Below are positions 33,871-46,811 of a stretch of 64,000 nucleotides of DNA, piece by piece. The stretch is from Macrostomum lignano (taxonomy: Eukaryota), in NCBI GenBank assembly GCA_002269645.1, contig NIVC01003046.1, forward strand, positions 59,428 to 123,427, given 5' to 3'. Positions within the stretch are counted from its first letter, which is position 1. The number at the start of each line of letters is the position of its first letter. The notes beneath the pieces were generated by a model. The model worked only from the letters and a program-made list of their open reading frames with translations. It ran no database searches and was not told the DNA's origin. The position numbers and the translations under genes were made by a program.

Positions 33871-35524
33871 TACAAGACCAAAGAGGCATCAACCTGTGAC
33901 CCATGTGATCGCATAATATTCTGCATATCCCATGCTGTTTAATTGCAAGCCAAACAATTCTCCGCTAATTCGGCTGTCCACTGTTGAATGTGCCATGAGT
34001 TGAGACTGACTGACACGCGACACCATGAAGAGATTTATAATACATTTTTGTGAAATCTTGCATGCTATACATGCATATGTCCACAAAATATATCTAGCAA
34101 TACGGACGTACAGTCACCGACTGCGACTCTGAAAAATAAATCGTCTTCTGCTTTCCTATATAAGAAAATTTTATTATTTATTAAAGTTATTCAAGGCTAA
34201 TTTTGATCGTAATTTTTAGACGGCGCAGCAGAAGCAGCTACTATACAAGCTTATGACTATGTGAATAGCGATATATGATGCTTAGTGCAGAAACCCCTAC
34301 TAGACATTTCAATAAGGCGTTTGCTCTGCTAAACTCCCTAGAAAAAGGGGGTCCTGTAAAAAAGCTCACTGCTTCTTTACAAAGCTCACTAGAAATGATT
34401 ATTGACAAAAATCAATCGAATTTTGTATCTTGTAGGAGTGATAAATTCTGTACAGGATGGCGATAAACCAGCTTTCTACGTTCAGTAATAAACTCTAGGG
34501 AGCACTAGAAAAAACCAGCCTCCAACTATTTTCTGCATGATTTGGCCAGTTTCCCGTCCCTAGTTTAAGTAGTCCCTGCTGTATTATGTACATATGTACG
34601 AGTTCTATCAATCGATCTTGTACATGTATTCTTGATAGTAAAGACGCTTATTAAATTTGCTTCATTCAGCTAAAGAGATAAAATATTTAAAACCAAATTT
34701 TCGTTTTATTCAGCAGAATTATGAAGCATCTGGCTTCTCTGGGAGCATCTAAGTCTAGGACACGATCCTAGCTGCATTCAAGTATGCAAAGAGTTTGGCA
34801 AACTGTAAAAAATATAAATATTAAAAATATATAATTGTTTAATATTTGTTAGAGTATAATAAAGATAACCTAAGTTTAAAGAACTTTGTTAAAACAAACA
34901 AATAAAATAAAATTTGAATTCGTATAGACCCATCATTGAATTTTGTCTTTTTCCCGCTTTTCTGTTCGTCAAATGCTAGTCTCTGATGCAAATAATTTAT
35001 TCGCTGATGACTTATTTTCTTACAACAATATTCCACAAATAATACAATAACTAAATAGTGCTTATAATTTACTACTCGAGTCTTTTGAACCGTTAGTCTT
35101 TTCTTTCGTTGTTAAAAACTCCTTCTATCTGTTCTGCATGTATCGCAATTCACAAATGTTAAATTAAACTTTTTTACACCAATCATAGTATTTAAGTTTT
35201 CAGTCGTTAATAAGCTCTTTCTTTTTGAACATATAGCAAAAAGTACAGTCGCGTGCTTTCAAATTAAGTATTTACAAAATTTAACTGTCAACCGTTTACA
35301 CAATAAATTTACTAAAAAGTGTACTTTCAAAACTTCTCTATGCATTTTTACGCATTACGCAAACCCTTACGCATACACTTAATTATATACAAATGTTAAA
35401 ACAACTTATTTAACAGTTAAAACAAATATTTAAAATGCTATTGTAAAACGGTTATATTTGCTTTGATACATTGACATAAAATACGGTTATTTATCGCTAT
35501 TCTTATTCGCGATCATTTTAAAAC

Positions 35525-35601
35525 AAGTAGTATGAAGACTCACACGTCTTTTTGCCACCAGTGAACGGGCTTCTTTTTAGACGTGGGTCTTCATACTACT
35601 T
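35525..35601. other. Isolated hairpin (about 23-bp stem, about 30-nt loop)
   Basis: AAGTAGTATGAAGACTCACACGTCT pairs with AGACGTGGGTCTTCATACTACTT. Confidence 0.7.
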
Positions 35602-37589
35602 GATAAACCTAGTTTTGTACCGATGAAAAAGAACTTTGAGAAGCTCAATAAAAATGTAAATCTCTACTTCTTCCATTTTCTCTCTTTGTCTGTTCTGTTT
35701 CTCTCCACTCTAATCTCTCTCTAGTCTCCCCTCTCCTCTCCTCTCGCTTCTAGCTCTCGTTTTATCTCTTATCTTCTCTTTAGTCTTATCTCTTTCTCTC
35801 TCATCTGACCCGCAGCCATGAGCTGGAATCGAGTCTTCTATAATAGGCTTTAGAAGGCCTCGATATAAAAAAATTTCTAATGACTCCAGAGCGTAGCAGG
35901 GTTATATTTTGCAAAGAAAGCTATAAATAAAGTCTTTCCAAAACACTGTACATACCTACTTCAGAAGCCGTATCGCCTGACTTTTTAGTCGGGGGAGGAT
36001 TGTACACGTAGTGACTTGGATCTTGCGCCCGACAAACTTTGTACTGGGCTTGCAATTCAAATGTGCAGTTAAAGAGCTAAATTTAATACGAAATTCTAAT
36101 CACGTGACGCCCGTTTATCGATCTAATTTCCCTTGGTCTGTGTGCGAGTCAAATGAAGCTCTATTACACGCCCTCCAAACCAAGCCGCCAAGCCCTCTCG
36201 CGTTGCCACAACCCCACTTGGAAGGGACGGGTGTGTACATTGTATGTACGATTATTCCTTCCTTTCCTTTCCTTACTAACCAGCTTAACTCAGCCCAACG
36301 CCAAAGCCATGCAAGCAATCGCATGCAAATGCAAATTATGCAAAGCGGTATGCGGCTTAATCTGATGAATTTTGGTGCAAAAAATGCATTTTTACCTCAA
36401 AAGAACATCGAATGGTTATGAAACTCAAGAAATCTGTTAAATTAGCTGTATGGAATACTGTGCATTGGTTTCAGTGCGAAATTCTTACCATTTCCAGTTT
36501 AAATAGCCCCGAAACTAACATAAAAGTAAAAAGTCAAGTTTTCAGTTTTTTATCGATAATTTTTTTACTCAATGAACCGAATCTCTAGAAATTGCACACA
36601 AATATGCATCGTTTTTTGGGAAATCAGCCGTCATAAAAATAATGCCGTCTTATTGCGTTTTTTTGCCTGATTTCAAGCAAAATATTAAAAAATCACTACT
36701 CTGATCGATTTCCAATCACTTTTGACACATGAGCACTTGTTGCAGACACTCAAAAACTTGGTCAATTTTAGCCAGACATTAGTACAACTCGTTGCAGTAT
36801 CCGCATTTGATCTAGCATTCTTTTAAAATTTTAATCACCCATTTTTCTGGCACCCAATCAGCCAAAAATCACAAACTATCGATTTCTGATCGATTTTTCA
36901 ATCCGAAAGCAGCGAAAGCAGACGGCAGCAATTTACACCAATATAGTACAGCAACTATGCTATAGAAATTCGATATTGGCTTATTCGCACCATGTTCTCA
37001 AAATTATAATGAGCAATAATGCGAAAGTCATGTGATTTTTTGAAAAATCGATTTTTGTCAATTTTCTCAGCACTGCAGAAGCGTAGGAAAACAAAACTTT
37101 AGACACTTGTAGATATTTGCATTGCGCATCCAAATGCACTGCTTTGAAGCCGAAACTCAAAAAGCTTCGTAGGAAAAAGTGGGGAAATAATAAAATGAGG
37201 GTCATTTTTTTACCCAAAAAACCCACCAAAACTACATAAAGATACCAAAATAAATCAAAGCGCCATATACCATTTTGTAGGAAATTTAGTTTTACAACTT
37301 TGATCCTTAGATGTCGAAGCCGTATCTCGTAAGGTGTACCAGAATTTTGAGATCTCCTAGAAGCACTTTTGAAAAAATCGTCTTTCCAGCTAAATAACGG
37401 CTTAGTATAAAAATCTCTGCACTTAAAAGTATATTCATTCGATAGATCTAAAAGTTTTCTATCGATCGACACCTCACTCAACTCAATCGGAGCAGTGGCT
37501 ACAAAACAGGAGCATTTTTTGGCGAAAAAACGTGAAATTTCAAAATGCATTAGAGTCTAACTTATTTACTCGTCAATACTTTCTAGCCC

Positions 37590-37710
37590 ATGTCGGCCTT
37601 CGGCCGCCATGGGTAGAAATTATTCACTCGCCCTCGGCCCCTGGCGGGGCCTCGGGTTCTCTCGCTCTCGCCCGGCGCCGCCTTCGGCGGCGCCGGGCTC
37701 GGCTCGTTCA
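37590..37710. other. Cluster of three GC-rich hairpins in AT-rich DNA, probably a transposon terminus
   Basis: CGGCC-TTC-GGCCG, CCCTCGGCCCC-TGGC-GGGGCCTCGGG and CCGGCGCCGCC-TTC-GGCGGCGCCGG. Confidence 0.6.
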
Positions 37711-37909
37711 CTGGTGGAACTAGTCTTCATCATTTTTTTCTTTTCGATTTTTCGTTCGAACTTCATTCGTACCTTATCTCGTACTCTCGTAATCAAAGCA
37801 ATACCTCGTACTTCGTACTCATTTTTTGTACTCATATTTGTACTCACCATACTCATATTCAGACTCATATTATAATTCCCTTATTTAAATACTTTAAATT
37901 TGTCGTTTC

Positions 37910-38810
37910 GTTGTTAGTCGTCACTTTTCGTCCAAAAATCCGTAAAAAATTCTGGCGCGCTTTCAAATACTTTATCTTTTACAATAACGTGAGCGCGAAA
38001 TGGTTCTGACATTCTACACTACTTGACCGAATGTCCACAAACTGAAGAGATCAGGAAAAAATACTTCTGTCAATACCTCTTAAATAGCAATCAAATACAC
38101 AAGATAGGATATGCTACAAATGAAAAAAGAGTCAGAAAAGAACTCACTGGTATAGCTAAAATATATAAAGTCATGAATAGCTAAAACAGTTAAACAAACT
38201 GAATCAGATACATTAGCAGTGTAATAAATCTGCTTTTCAGTTGTTTATTCATTTACTGTCTTTTTTAATTTCCTATATTTAAATCGTCGTTATTCGTTAA
38301 ACGTAAAGTTCTTCCGAAGTATTGTTTATGTTCGTTTTTCACGCTTTGAAATATCACGCGCTTTCAAAAATACTACATCTTTTTTTTTACAAACTCGCTT
38401 ACCAAAGTAATCTCGCAATTAAAGCTATACCTCGTAATTTGTACTCATTCTTGTATTAATATTTATACTCGTTGTTAGTTGTTAGTCGTCACTTTTCGTC
38501 CAAAAATACCGTAAAAATTCTGGCGCGCTTTCAAATACTTTATCTTTTACAATAACGAGTCGGCAAATCGTCGTCAAAAAATCGTGTTTATAAACTTCTA
38601 TTTCGAAAATTTTTCCAAATACATAGCTCTATAATATATTGGCCAAACAGGCTAATTGCCTGAGCCAAATTCTCTTACTACTACTACTCTATAACTTCGA
38701 ATCGTCTTTATAAACTTCTATTTCGAAAAATTTTCCAAATACATTGCCCTATATTTATAATATATTGGCCAAACAGGCTAATTCCCTGAGCCAAATTCTT
38801 ACTACTACTA
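37910..38810. repeat. Two pairs of dispersed direct repeats: about 80 bp at 37910 and 38475; about 110 bp at 38590 and 38710
   Basis: GTTAGTCGTCACTTTTCGTCCAAAAAT...TTTTACAATAACG occurs twice. TTTATAAACTTCTATTTCGAAAA...GGCCAAACAGGCTAATT...CTTACTACTACTACT occurs twice. Confidence 0.8.
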
Positions 38811-41482
38811 CTGAACTTCAATAGACGAGACGGTATAGACCCGCGGCGTGTTTTTACTGTCTGTTCAACATATTTATAAATGTAAATTGAATTCCATGCA
38901 CAGTAGTATTTCTAAAGAAGGTATAAATTCCTTTGATTTTACCTTCGGGCTATATTTAAATTGCTTTGAAAATCTGTTTTTTAAAAGGTACTATTTTTAA
39001 GTCAAAACGTATTGTGACGCGTCACTTCTTTCATTATATAATTCATAGATAGGCCTAGCCAGGTGCATTGCATAGGCCATCGCATAGGCAGGTGGATTTT
39101 ATTTTAGTAGGATTTTATTAGGATTTAGAAATATAAATTGAGGGGGCAGATTTTATTAATCATAAGAGATAGGCGCCATAATATATTCTATTTTTTAGAA
39201 GGGCCAAGAGCTATTCTTTTTTATCTAAATTTAGCTATTCTATCTATGTATTATAGAGACCATGCCAAACCCAAACAGAAACCTAATCCTTTTTTAAAGC
39301 TAGGGCCTAATTATCTTTAGTCTCAAAGATGTTCCTTGCATGCCACAAATTTTTTTGACCTTGTATGCTGCATGCCAAGATTATTTAGAAATCTTATTCG
39401 TAATACATGCTAGGGCCTACACACCAAGGTCAAAGGCCTCATCTGCAACTGCATTGCATGCCACATGTGAGACTAGCAGAAAAACTGGTCTTAAAAAGTT
39501 AAAAGCAAAATGCACTTATATTTTTAGCACTTTGCTTAAATAAAAGCAGCAAAGCCTATTGAAAACAAATAAATTATTTTTCTATGGACTAGATTAGGTC
39601 TATCTATCTTTTATTTTATTGCAAAGTTATAAAAAATATATATTATATTAGGCCCTACAATTTTATTAAAAAATGTTGTAGCTAAGTAATTAAAGAAGCT
39701 AAGTTGAGACATTACTGATTATAATTTATAAATTTCTATAGTCTAACCAAATCCAAACTTCTATTTTATTTTCAAATCTATTTTGCAATGGGGCAAACAA
39801 AATTTTTTGTACATGCCATTGCGCAGTCTCATTGCATATAGTAATGCATATAGTGCAAGGGCCAAATACCCTTATGAATGCCACAATTTTTTTAACATCT
39901 TTGGAAAAGTGGCTTATTATATACTTTGATTGGGACTTGGAACTTTGGTCATACCTACTATCTTAGCAATCTTTGGATATCAAGAGAGCATGCTAGGCCC
40001 CTTTATATATCGAATTTTGTACCAATGGTATACTCTAAATTCTTTTGTAGGCCAGAATATTTATATTAGCATATATATACTATCCTAAATCTGGGAAATA
40101 GGAAAGATTTGTGCAAAGGTTAGGTCTAGATAGATTAAAGCTATCTTAATTAGAAATTGCTTGTTGGCATATAAAATGGCAACTTTTTAATATTGCTGAG
40201 TATATTTTTGTACATGCCTGATAATATAATATTAGTTAGAATCAAAGTCAAATGAGTATTATAGTAAACCTAGGCCTAGTCTATAATTAGGAAAATAGCT
40301 TTTTAAACTAAAAAATGCAAGGCAAATTTAGCCTAGGAGAGCAAAGTAAAGGAAAGCCAGGTTAGGGTAAATCAGGGCAAGTCAAAGGCAGGTAAGGCTA
40401 GGTCTCAAGATAATGTGAAGTAGCTAATAAAGAGCAGCAAAGTGGTTGACTAGCATGCTAGAGCCAAGTCATTAGCCCATTTGTTGTTTAAAACTGCAAT
40501 GTAGATTTGAATAAAAATGACTAAATGACTAAATTGGATGCCTAGGATAGAATTTAGAACTTTATTTCAAGGGCATTAGGGTTATTTTTAAGTCTCAGTT
40601 TCAATGAATTGAGGCATTAGGATAGATTTTAAGCTTGAGGTTTAAGGAATTAAGGCATCAAGATAAAAAGTTTTTTGGTTTTAAATGTATTTTTGGGCAT
40701 GTCTACCATGATCCTGGGCTAAAAACTGACCTAGGGAGCTTATTCTAATTTACTAATGAAGTCACAACACAATGCTCACCTTGGCCTTCAAGTTTGGGTG
40801 CAAATTAGGCTAGTGTTTAAGTTTTTATGCAGGGATAAATTTAAAAAGGGAAGCTTTAGGTGGTAGCCCCCTATTATGGCTGGCAATGATAATGTATCTT
40901 TTCTTCTTGGCTGGCAGTTCCAAATATTATCAATATTCTGAACCATAATACTTTGAATAGATGGCATGATTAAATCCAAAACAGGAAAAAAGACACAAAA
41001 GTGCTAGAAAACAAGCATAGAAGTTGCCTGGCTAACTTCATAGTAGGCCTATTTAATTTTTATGTCTATAATAAAATATACAATATATTAAGATTTGAAG
41101 ACTTTTAAAAGTAATTTTATTAGGATGTTATCTATATCTTTTACCTTTTATATTTTCTATTAGCTTCTATTGATTGCTTATGTTATTCTTTTCTATTCCT
41201 ATTCTATTGACTAATTGGTCTATTTGTGATGCTTTAAAATTTTGCAATTTGAGTAATTTAAGTTATTGTTTCAATAGACAAATTTTATTAGCTAGTTTTA
41301 ATTTAGCTATAAAATTACTTTTAAGAGTATTAAGAGAGCAAATCAAAGCAAAAAGTATACAAGGTAAGACAAAAGTGCCTAAGGCACTAACAAACAATTT
41401 GCACAAACTACTAATTATTAATAATTAATTGTTTTCATGGAACTTGTTTAGATGTAAATTTTAGAAATAATTTAATATAAAT

Positions 41483-41908
41483 TCCCCCCCAGTAAGCCTT
41501 GAAATCTCAGCAATTCCCCTGTAAGCCTTGACAGCTCAGCAATTCCCCCTGTAAGCCATGACATCTCAGCAATTCCCCTGTAAGCCTTGACATCTCAGCA
41601 ATTCCCCCTGTAAGCCTTGACATCTCAGCAATTCCCCTGTAAGCCTTGACATCTCAGCAATTCCCCCTGTAAGCCTTGACATCTCAGCAATTCCCCTGTA
41701 AGCCTTGACATCTCAGCAATCCCCCCCCCCCAGTAAGCCTTGACATCTCAGCAATCCCCCCCCCAGTAAGCCTTGACATCTCAGCAATTCCCCTGTAAGC
41801 CTTGACATCTCAGCAATTCCCCTTGTAATCCTTGACATCTCAGCAATTCCCCTGTAAGCCTTGACACTCAGCAATTCCCCTGTAAGCCTTGACATCTCAG
41901 CAATTCAG
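41483..41908. repeat. 29-bp minisatellite, about 14 copies (TCCCCTGTAAGCCTTGACATCTCAGCAAT)
   Basis: Direct periodicity, just upstream of the first C2CD3 exon seen. Confidence 0.93.
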
Positions 41909-42021
41909 CATCTGGAATGACCCAACATCTAGACTAAGGTGGAATCGATGCATTGTAAGATTGAAACTAATTTATTAAGAATCTGTTAGTTTCTCATCTC
42001 AATAGATGCCAAATCAATTGC

Positions 42022-45000
42022 ATGCCGCTATCTGCCTCATCATTAACAATGAAGCCACGGCGTAAAAGCAAATCGCCAAGCGGTCGGAGTTCCCGCAACT
42101 CCACCGGCCTGCAGCAACAGCAGCAGCAGCGACCACCAGACGCAACCGATTCTAAGCGCGTCCTATCAGAAGAGGCTGCCGCCGATCTGATCTCCGTGTT
42201 AGTTAATCGGGGTCGCCGCTTGCGCAACGACATGATCGGCTGTGTGCTAGACGGTTCCTCTACTGCCGAACGCGAGAATCAACCGCCGCTTCCTGCAACC
42301 GCAACGACTTTGACGCAGCGCAATCAGCATGACGCAACAGGCACAATAGGCGGGCTAGGCAGCGAGACTCTGCTAGACGACATGATTGGCCAGCTGCTTT
42401 CCAATGGCGACGCTTCGGCGGAGATGCGCGCAGTCGACCTCATCATGGGCCAATCGGACCCCGTGCCGCGTCGCAGCGGCTCCGAGGACAATGACGAGGA
42501 TAGCAACGAGGATTATAGCGAGCCGGACGATCCCGTCAAGGACGACGATCTTGTGCAGGAGTTGTTCTTTAATAAAACCGCTAATAATAAAGATTTTGAA
42601 GCCGCCGACGGCGACGACTACGACGTAGACGATGGCCAGGGCGAGCCGGCTAAAGGCGGCAGTCCGGAGCGGGCGGCTCAACTTCGACGTGACCGTCTGG
42701 AAGCCGCCGGCCGTGTGGTGCCCAACGTCAGCTCGCCGTCGGCCAGCTCATTCGACATACCGTCTCGGGCGTCGTCAAACGCGGCTGGTCCCGCTGGCCG
42801 GCGATTGCGTCGACGCGGCGGCGGCAGCGCCAATTCGGCTACGAAACGGCGCGCCGCCGGTTCGCGCGATTCGAGCTCCGAGCGAGGCGGCGGCGGCGGT
42901 TCCTCGCTTGCGGGCAGCCGCGTCTCGTTCGACGTGCCGTCGGATGCTGAAGTCGGCGGCGCCGATGCTGCTGGCCCTGTCGATGCAGTCGACGAACAAA
43001 CGAAAAAGCGACTACCCGGTTTATTTGACGTCGTTTCCACTGAGCGACTGGAAACTTTTCGCCGGGTGTCTCACATTCTGCTTTCAGCTTCGCAGCTGGT
43101 GCTGCGTAAGCAGCCGTACATTGACGCCGGCTCGTCTGCCTCGGCGGCGCCGCGACCTCCGCGGCCTAGTGCACCTCGCGGACTTCCGCCGCGTCCGCCT
43201 GCTCCAGGCTCAACCAGCTGGCGTCGGAAGCCATCAGTTTACTATTTGGAGTACCGGCTGCCCTCGCATCCGTCTAATAGCACTACTAGTGCCTCTTCAA
43301 CTCGAGTACTAGCTAAGAAGTTAGACGGTCGCAATGTGAGCTTCCAACACCGGGGCAAGCACGCGCTGGTGTTTGACGACGCCTCGTTGCAGCGCTGGTG
43401 GCGCGGGAATCTTGAAGTCCGCCTGCTTGGTAGGACTGACGATCAGAGAACTCCGCCCTGTCTGATTGGCAGCGGAATGTTGCCGATGCACTACCTGCTA
43501 ACTGGGACCAACCTGCAGCTGACTGACGACATTCCGGTATACGAGGCACCGGCCGGTGTCACCAACAAGCATCAGCAGTTTCCTAACCAGCTGGAGCATC
43601 AGCAGAGAAAACTTGTTGGCCATTTGCGAGTCAGCCTGCAACTGGGCTCGGATACTGTGGCCCTGGGGCCGCTGCTTGAACAGGTTAATATGCTCGGTTA
43701 CTGACTGACTGACTGACTGACTGACTGACTCACTGACTGACTCACTGACTGACTGACTGACTGACTGACTGACTGACTGACTGACTGACTGACTGACTGA
43801 CTGACTGACTGACTGACTGACTCACTGACTGACTGACTGACTGACTGACTGACTGACTGACTGACTGACTGACTGACTGACTGACTGACTGACTGACTGA
43901 CTGACTGACTGACTGACTGACTGACTGACTGACTGACTGACTGACTGACTGACTGACTGACTGACTGACTGACTGACTGACTGACTGACTGACTGACTGA
44001 CTGACTGACTGACTGACTGACTCACTGACTGACTCACTGACTGACTGACTGACTGACTGACTGACTGACTGACTGACTGACTGACTGACTGACTGACTGA
44101 CTGACTGACTGACTGACTGACTGACTGACTGACTGACTGACTGACTGACTGACTGACTGACTGACTGACTGACTGACTGACTGACTGACTGACTGACTGA
44201 CTGACTGACTGACTGACTGACTGACTGACTGACTGACTGACTGACTGACTGACTGACTGACTGACTGACTGACTGACTGACTGACTGACTGACTGACTGA
44301 CTGACTGACTGACTGACTGACTGACTGACTGACTGACTGACTGACTGACTGACTGACTGACTGACTGACTGACTGACTGACTGACTGACTGACTGACTGA
44401 CTGACTCACTGACTGACTCATGCACTCACTGACTCACTGACTCACTGACTGACTGACTGACTGACTCACTGACTGACTGAATGACTGACTGACTGACTGA
44501 CTCACTGACTGACTCACTGACTCATGCACTCACTCACTCACTGACTCACTCACTGACTGACTGACTCACTTACTGACTCACTCACTAATTTGAGTGAGTG
44601 GGTGACTGACTGACTGACTCACTCACTGATTTGAGTGAGTGGGTGACTGACTGACTGACTGACTGACTGACTGACTGACTGACTGACTGACTGACTGACT
44701 GACTGACTGACTGACTGACTGACTGACTGACTGACTGACTGACTGACTGACTGACTGACTGACTGACTGACTGACTGACTGACTGACTGACTGACTGACT
44801 GACTGACTGACTGACTGACTGACTGACTGACTGACTGACTGACTGACTGACTGACTGACTGACTGACTGACTGACTGACTGACTGACTGACTGACTCACT
44901 GACTGACTGACTCACTGACTCACTGACTGACTGACTGACTGACTGACTGACTGACTGACTGACTGACTGACTGACTGACTGACTGACTGACTGACTGACT

Positions 45001-46638
45001 GACTGACTGACTGACTGACTCACTGACTCACTGACTGACTGACTCACTGACTGACTCACTGACTGACTCATGCACTCACTGACTCACTGACTCACTGACT
45101 GACTGACTGACTGACTCACTGACTGACTGAATGACTGACTGACTGACTGACTCACTGACTGACTCACTGACTCATGCACTCACTCACTCACTGACTCACT
45201 CACTGACTGACTGACTCACTTACTGACTCACTCACTAATTTGAGTGAGTGGGTGACTGACTGACTGACTCACTCACTGATTTGAGTGAGTGGGTGACTGA
45301 CTGACTGACTCACTGACCCACTGACTGACTGACTGACTCACTCACTGATTTGAGTGAGTGGGTGACTGACTGACTGACTCACTCACTGATTTGAGTGAGT
45401 GGGTGACTGACTGACTGACTCACTCACTGATTTGAGTGAGTGGGTGACTGACTGACTGACTCACTGACTCACTGACTGACTGACTGACTCACTCACTGAT
45501 TTGAGTGAGTGGGTGACTGACTGACTGACTCACTGACTCACTCACTCACTGACTCACTCACTGATTTGAGTGAGTGGGTGACTGACTGACTGACTAACAG
45601 ATTATTCACATCCCATCGCCACCCAAAAATCTAACCCCACTCAGGAACAGCAGCGCGTCGCATCTGACAGAGCGGCCGCCTCCAAGCAGCAGGAGCCGCA
45701 GCCGCTGTTGGCCCAGGGCCAAGGCGAGTCGGCAGGCTTATCTGACGGCAAACCGCCGCCGCCTCCGCCCCCGCCGCCCCCACTGCCGCCGGCTCCGCTG
45801 TCCCAGCCGACCGCCTCAGCAGCTGCCCCCTCAGAACCCGTGGAGCAGCCGACGGCCCTGTTCGCTCTGCTGCAAATTGTTGAAGCCCGCGGCGTCGCCT
45901 ATTCTAGCGTGGCCACTACTACTGGTACTAATAATCACAATGGTAGCGCAGCGTCTCAGCAGCTTCATCTGACTGGCGGTACCACGGCAACCTCAGCTGG
46001 TGGCCGATCCTCCGCTAGGGATCACTGCTCACGGAATCTGTACTGCGCCGTCAGATTATTCTGGCAGTCGGATCGATTTCACACCGAAGTAGTCTGGGGC
46101 AGTTCGGATCCGAAATTTCGTTTCTCCCAAATCTCACCTGTGCTTTACAATGCCGCTCTGTTGGAACGGCTGCGCCAGAACTACGCCATTGTGGAGGTGT
46201 GGGATAAAAAGACCAGCTATCAGCGGGATAGCCTAGTTGGCACTGTGAAATTGCCTCTGCATCAGTTCTACTTGGCCTACAAAGACCCCGCTGTAGCCGC
46301 TGCTATGCTCCGCTCCCAGTATCCTGTAGTTGGCGCCGATGGCTGGCTGCCCATCCGGGATCCGTTTCACGAGGCTCAGCCCGGCTCGGACTTTGGCCAG
46401 CTGCGCGTACTGCTGGCCATGGGCAGCGGCGCCCAGATCGCTCATCTGCAGCGGCTTCGCTCCGATGGGGGCAACGGCATCGATGCCGGCTTGCTGCCTT
46501 ATCACGTGCCATTCGATTCGGTGACCGCTGCCGGGGCTACGGCCTCCGGATCGACTACCGGCGGCCAGGCCCGCGAATTGGAAGAGGTGGTGAGTTCGAG
46601 TTTAATTTATATTTGCCACTTTTCTACTATCTATCTAG

Positions 46639-46709
<71 letters not shown>

Positions 46710-46710
46710 C

Positions 46711-46765
<55 letters not shown>

Positions 46766-46774
46766 CCTATCTAA

Positions 46775-46811
<37 letters not shown>

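Noticed and set aside
40300-41050. Penelope-like RT remnant on the minus strand
   Set aside because: Only one weak motif amid many stops, which is not enough to annotate. Kept only as a hint in the CpG-depletion finding.
34100-41450. Short ORFs of 60-190 aa in the AT-rich block
   Set aside because: No domain motifs, AT-biased codons unlike the GC-rich true exons, and no splice-compatible chains.
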